Position numbers and translations under genes: made by a program. Positions 61,301 through 64,000 of a stretch of DNA of 64,000 nt are shown in pieces (position 1 is the first letter of the stretch; every line of letters begins with the position of its first letter). The notes under the pieces are model-generated. The model did no database searches. It was not told the DNA's origin and saw nothing but the letters and a program-made list of their open reading frames with translations. Source of the stretch: a virus. The stretch spans positions 102,834 to 166,833 of the IMG/VR virus record IMGVR_UViG_3300030329_003696; one strand, 5' to 3'.

Positions 61301-64000
61301 AGTCTTCCATCTCGGATATAAATGCAGCTTCACAAGAGCGTGCATCAATGGCGGCAGACGCTGAGGACTTACGAGCACGAGCAAAAAGCAGAATGATGTC
61401 GGATTCAGGTGGCGGATCAATTGAGGCAAGACTAGAAAGAGCACAAACACGAGAAGCAGAAGTAACCAGCCCCGAAGCAAAAAAACGAATAAAGAAGAAG
61501 AGAGAAGAACTGTCCCTCGCTGAAGGTATCAATCCAAAAACTGGTAAACGCAAAAATGACAAAGGTGGTAATATAACAGCAGACCCAAAGAAGGCTGCTA
61601 AGTTAAGGGCAGAGCTAGAGGCCATAGACAGAGTTATGGCAGACGTGGCCCAAGAAACTAGGGACGCTCAAGCTAGCTTTGATCTAGCCGAAAAAGAAAT
61701 GCGGGAAATGGAAGCGGCGGCAGATCAGCTTGACCAACAGATAGAAGCAAGTACGAAGTCCTCTAAAGATGCAATAAGAGTCAGAAAAGCTGAACTAGCA
61801 GCAAGAAAAGCCAATGCAGCTAGGCAAGCAGAATCTAAAAGGGGATTAAAGATCTTAGGCAAACAGTTTGGCTCTTTCAACAGAGGTCTGAGAGAACTTG
61901 GTGCAAAAATGAATAACGCTGGACGCAAGACAGATGCGTACAGGACCAAGTTGATAAAAGCCAACAATATGACGATAAAAAATACCAAAGGGTGGTCACT
62001 CAACGCTATAAAGACGAGAAATGCAGCAAGGGCGAGCAAGGGTCTGAACGTAAGCCTTAAGATGATGGGTAGAGGCCTCAAGGGTGCTGGTAGATTTGTT
62101 AACCTTCTTGGTAGAGACGCAAGAAAATCCATCAAACCACTACAAGCTCTCGGTAGGAGAATCAAAGACCTAGGCCGTTCAGCTGCACGTGGTGTCGGAA
62201 GGGGAATCGCTAAGGGTGCTAACGTTATTGGTGGCGTTGGAATGGGCATGAATGCGATAGCTGGTGTTGGTTCTGCAATTACGGGTGCTATGAGCCAGTT
62301 TGCCGAAAGAGAAAAACAACAAGCGATCAAAAGTGGTGACACCGCAGGTGCCGCAAAAGCTGCTGGACAGGCGGCTCTTTCAGAGGGGATGGGAGAAGTG
62401 TTTACTGCGGGCGGGTTCTTTGAGGCGGTTTTTGACCCATCTGGTTTCGTAGAGAGAAGGCAAAAAAGAAAAGAATCCGCAGAAGCTGAGACCGCCACAC
62501 AGGTAGCCGTGTCAAATACTCAAGCGACAATGGAAGAGATAGGTAAACAGGGAAGCACCGCGTTTAGAACCGCTGAAGGCGATTTAGACGTTGCGTCTCT
62601 CAGTAGCAACATAAGCAAAGATGCTCAAGAAGCTAGAAGCCAAATAAGCGATCTGGACCCCAAAGAACAGAAAAAGTTAAGGGCGGAATTAGACGCTTCT
62701 ATGAGGGCAAGCATACAAACTATAGCCTCAAGAAATGTTTCCGAGGCGGAAGCTGTTGCAATGGCTGAGGAGTTGGCTGGAGGCAACGCAGAACTTAGAG
62801 ACCAATATGTTGCCCTAGCTAAGTCAACCGTAGCCTTGAGGGTTGCTCAACAAGCACTTGCTAAAGCCAATTTTGATTCGCTGAAAATGACATCTGCATT
62901 CAGTGGTGCTAACGCGGCTGTAGACAATCTAATAAATGGTCTTCAAACTGGTTCTTCTGAGCTTGGAGGCTTCATTAATAGCATAAAGACCGCACAAAGT
63001 ACGATTGGTGTTGATGCTTCTTCTGCAATTGATCAGGGCGAGGAAGCGTTGCTAGCAGCTGCCGGTGGCAATAAAGCACTTTCATCTTCTATTAAGGGGC
63101 AAGCCAATGTAGCAAGAGCTGCCAATCAATTCTCTCAAAACATTGGTGGGTCTATAACAGAGGGCGACTTTAGCAGGAGTGATTCGGAAAAAGCAAAGAC
63201 TCAACTTAGAGAAAGATTACTAGCCGCCATTCCTGACGATGCAGATGACGCTACAAGAAAATCGATGGAGGCTGCAATAGAAGGTAGATTAGCAGGAATT
63301 ACAGATGAGAATGTTGCTACCATAGACATCTCTGAGTTATTGGGGGGTATTTCTGAAGACGCCAACAAACAGGCGGCTGGGTTCACCGAATCTTTAGAGT
63401 TGTTAAACAAGCACAACTCCACAATGACGAAGCTGTATCAGCAGCGTGAGCAACTAGAGCTTAAAGCTGCACAGGCTATGAATAAGGCCATTGATATACA
63501 ATTAGAAGCAGCTAAAATCTTTGAATCCTTTGGCGGAGCAGCATTAACCACAGACCAGAGAACCGAGGCTAGAACCGCACAGTTTAATAATATTGGTGCT
63601 ATGGCTGGTGTTCAACTTGGGGGTAGTGGTGCCGCTGATATTAGAAGGGCGGGAGAGCAACTAAGTAACATAGTTACGTCACAAAACCAAATGCAGTTTA
63701 CAGACACTATGGTGAGGGGTGCCGTAGGAGATAAGGCTGGACCCGGTGTATTCGCTGGTGCTCAAGGCGTACAACAAGACAAGCGTGAGGAAGCAAAACG
63801 TGCCAACGAAGCATTAATACAATTTACTAAACAAAGAGTATCTTTACTCAAAGAAGAATTAGCAATAGTTCAGAAAAAGAACGCAGCAGAAAAAAGCTCT
63901 CTTGAAAAATTATTGGCGGGTGATGTAGAAGGGTTTATTTCCGGTCAAGCCGCCGCTGGTGCTGGTGCAGCCTTGGCCACTGGGGATGCCGGATTAGCAG
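58306..64000 (+). CDS. Tape measure protein (TP901-like), partial, about 1900 aa or more
   Basis: Missing from ORF track, consistent with no stop in the window. Hand translation of the start: MSKFVLTAQLQLQAP...RESAESISTGLRTIFTRI; two DTVPA.L.PGEFVI motifs. Confidence 0.9.
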   Translation, partial: MSKFVLTAQLQLQAPRNTNQVLTQMRQQLSSGVTVPVSAKGAAQAQKQITQVANATQKAATAAESMGKSFGLATKRFAAFTVASRAVSLLTNSLANSISEAIDFQREMVKIAQVSGKTMGQLKGLQNTITGLASSLGTSSTELLKVTRILAQAGVQANDLEVALAALAKTTLAATFDNIENTAEGAVAILRQFGEGVGALERQLGAINAVAGQFAVESGDLIGAVRRFGGVFKSAGGSLEELLAIFTSVRATTRESAESISTGLRTIFTRIQRPKTISYLRQLGIELTDAEGKFVGPMKAAQLLSEALSGLAEGDLRFVKIAEELGGFRQIGKVIPLLQQFETAQLAYNAAVDGGNSLNKDAATAQQALAVQIEKVREEFQGLVRTITDSSSFQIFVRTSLELASALIKVGEALAPLLPLLATMGGIKLMSGLGGFMGGIGSAIRGKNHGGRVLGFNRGGLVPGTGNRDTVPAMLSPGEFVIRQSSVKKLGASRLQAMNNNRFAEGGEVGILAVSSSSGSGRKEMIEKGKVEAAAISKAIGSINWKGTSGNFSDDPGAGTPFLKGGRWNPNLPAANKNSMQRLFNKNAETTTAYGFPLKAVDGDTATIEDDILSDVSDGIKRGINNIGSRVGGLIGITKISPATNDTIAEVGAASMIGKMFEAGMTLLDSSKLSGTKKSKDEGANPNAAFDYANGIGSKIAGKLGDSQVAKKLADIPTDAKKMLYKGKDGLKDSITKKRKNVIAEEVARSEQWAAEKRSALQAMTKTRKNAGGGIGGTDTVPALLTPGEFVINKSAAQSIGYANLNRMNTKGVTGFAQGGPVGVQKFAMGGAVGFAAVAGIFQQAVANFGDKSEEASDKMFRNTVIFESSIKALTRVIVGFFVFKEVAKQMKNFGESIQNWASGPDGKFESDATAQSKADAEQQRQANAVITGEAESKAVGGESAMGDISQATFSVGSAIINIQSQQAAGGAAGDPGRPEVDLAGEYDLSTGRGMVDKKSSISDINAASQERASMAADAEDLRARAKSRMMSDSGGGSIEARLERAQTREAEVTSPEAKKRIKKKREELSLAEGINPKTGKRKNDKGGNITADPKKAAKLRAELEAIDRVMADVAQETRDAQASFDLAEKEMREMEAAADQLDQQIEASTKSSKDAIRVRKAELAARKANAARQAESKRGLKILGKQFGSFNRGLRELGAKMNNAGRKTDAYRTKLIKANNMTIKNTKGWSLNAIKTRNAARASKGLNVSLKMMGRGLKGAGRFVNLLGRDARKSIKPLQALGRRIKDLGRSAARGVGRGIAKGANVIGGVGMGMNAIAGVGSAITGAMSQFAEREKQQAIKSGDTAGAAKAAGQAALSEGMGEVFTAGGFFEAVFDPSGFVERRQKRKESAEAETATQVAVSNTQATMEEIGKQGSTAFRTAEGDLDVASLSSNISKDAQEARSQISDLDPKEQKKLRAELDASMRASIQTIASRNVSEAEAVAMAEELAGGNAELRDQYVALAKSTVALRVAQQALAKANFDSLKMTSAFSGANAAVDNLINGLQTGSSELGGFINSIKTAQSTIGVDASSAIDQGEEALLAAAGGNKALSSSIKGQANVARAANQFSQNIGGSITEGDFSRSDSEKAKTQLRERLLAAIPDDADDATRKSMEAAIEGRLAGITDENVATIDISELLGGISEDANKQAAGFTESLELLNKHNSTMTKLYQQREQLELKAAQAMNKAIDIQLEAAKIFESFGGAALTTDQRTEARTAQFNNIGAMAGVQLGGSGAADIRRAGEQLSNIVTSQNQMQFTDTMVRGAVGDKAGPGVFAGAQGVQQDKREEAKRANEALIQFTKQRVSLLKEELAIVQKKNAAEKSSLEKLLAGDVEGFISGQAAAGAGAALATGDAGLA

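Noticed and set aside
58362-63422. Minus-strand ORFs in the last 6 kb
   Set aside because: Shadows of the plus-strand tape measure gene

Overview
This window is a 64-kb segment of a large tailed dsDNA phage (Caudoviricetes, standard genetic code). No tail sheath gene is seen here, so it may be siphovirus-like. It has two parts. (1) 1-13.1 kb is a minus-strand early/host-takeover-type region of about 35 small genes and micro-ORFs, most with their own sigma70-like promoter (TTGACA...CCGAT...TATAAT/TATAGT). It is punctuated every 0.85-1.75 kb by ten copies of a GC-rich palindromic element (CCGGG-N4-CCCGG-N10-TGTCAA) whose 4-bp centre occurs in both orientations. It also holds several ORF-free, strongly base-paired segments that look like ncRNAs (one is a 155-nt tRNA/tmRNA-like RNA ending in CCA), plus sigma54-type sites. 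(2) After a nucleotide-sugar dehydrogenase gene and a strand switch at about 14.1-14.5 kb comes a plus-strand late region. It encodes a sigma-like factor, Gmd, HNH, ERCC4 nuclease, a ClpP-like protease, terminase, portal, protease/scaffold and capsid proteins. A 25-kb block of mosaic fibre/adhesin genes follows, interrupted by a PRTase-HAD/methyltransferase/sulfotransferase cassette. The window ends with neck and tail tube genes, two paralogous chaperones and a tape-measure gene that runs off the end. All calls come from reading motifs by eye; no searches or folding programs were run.
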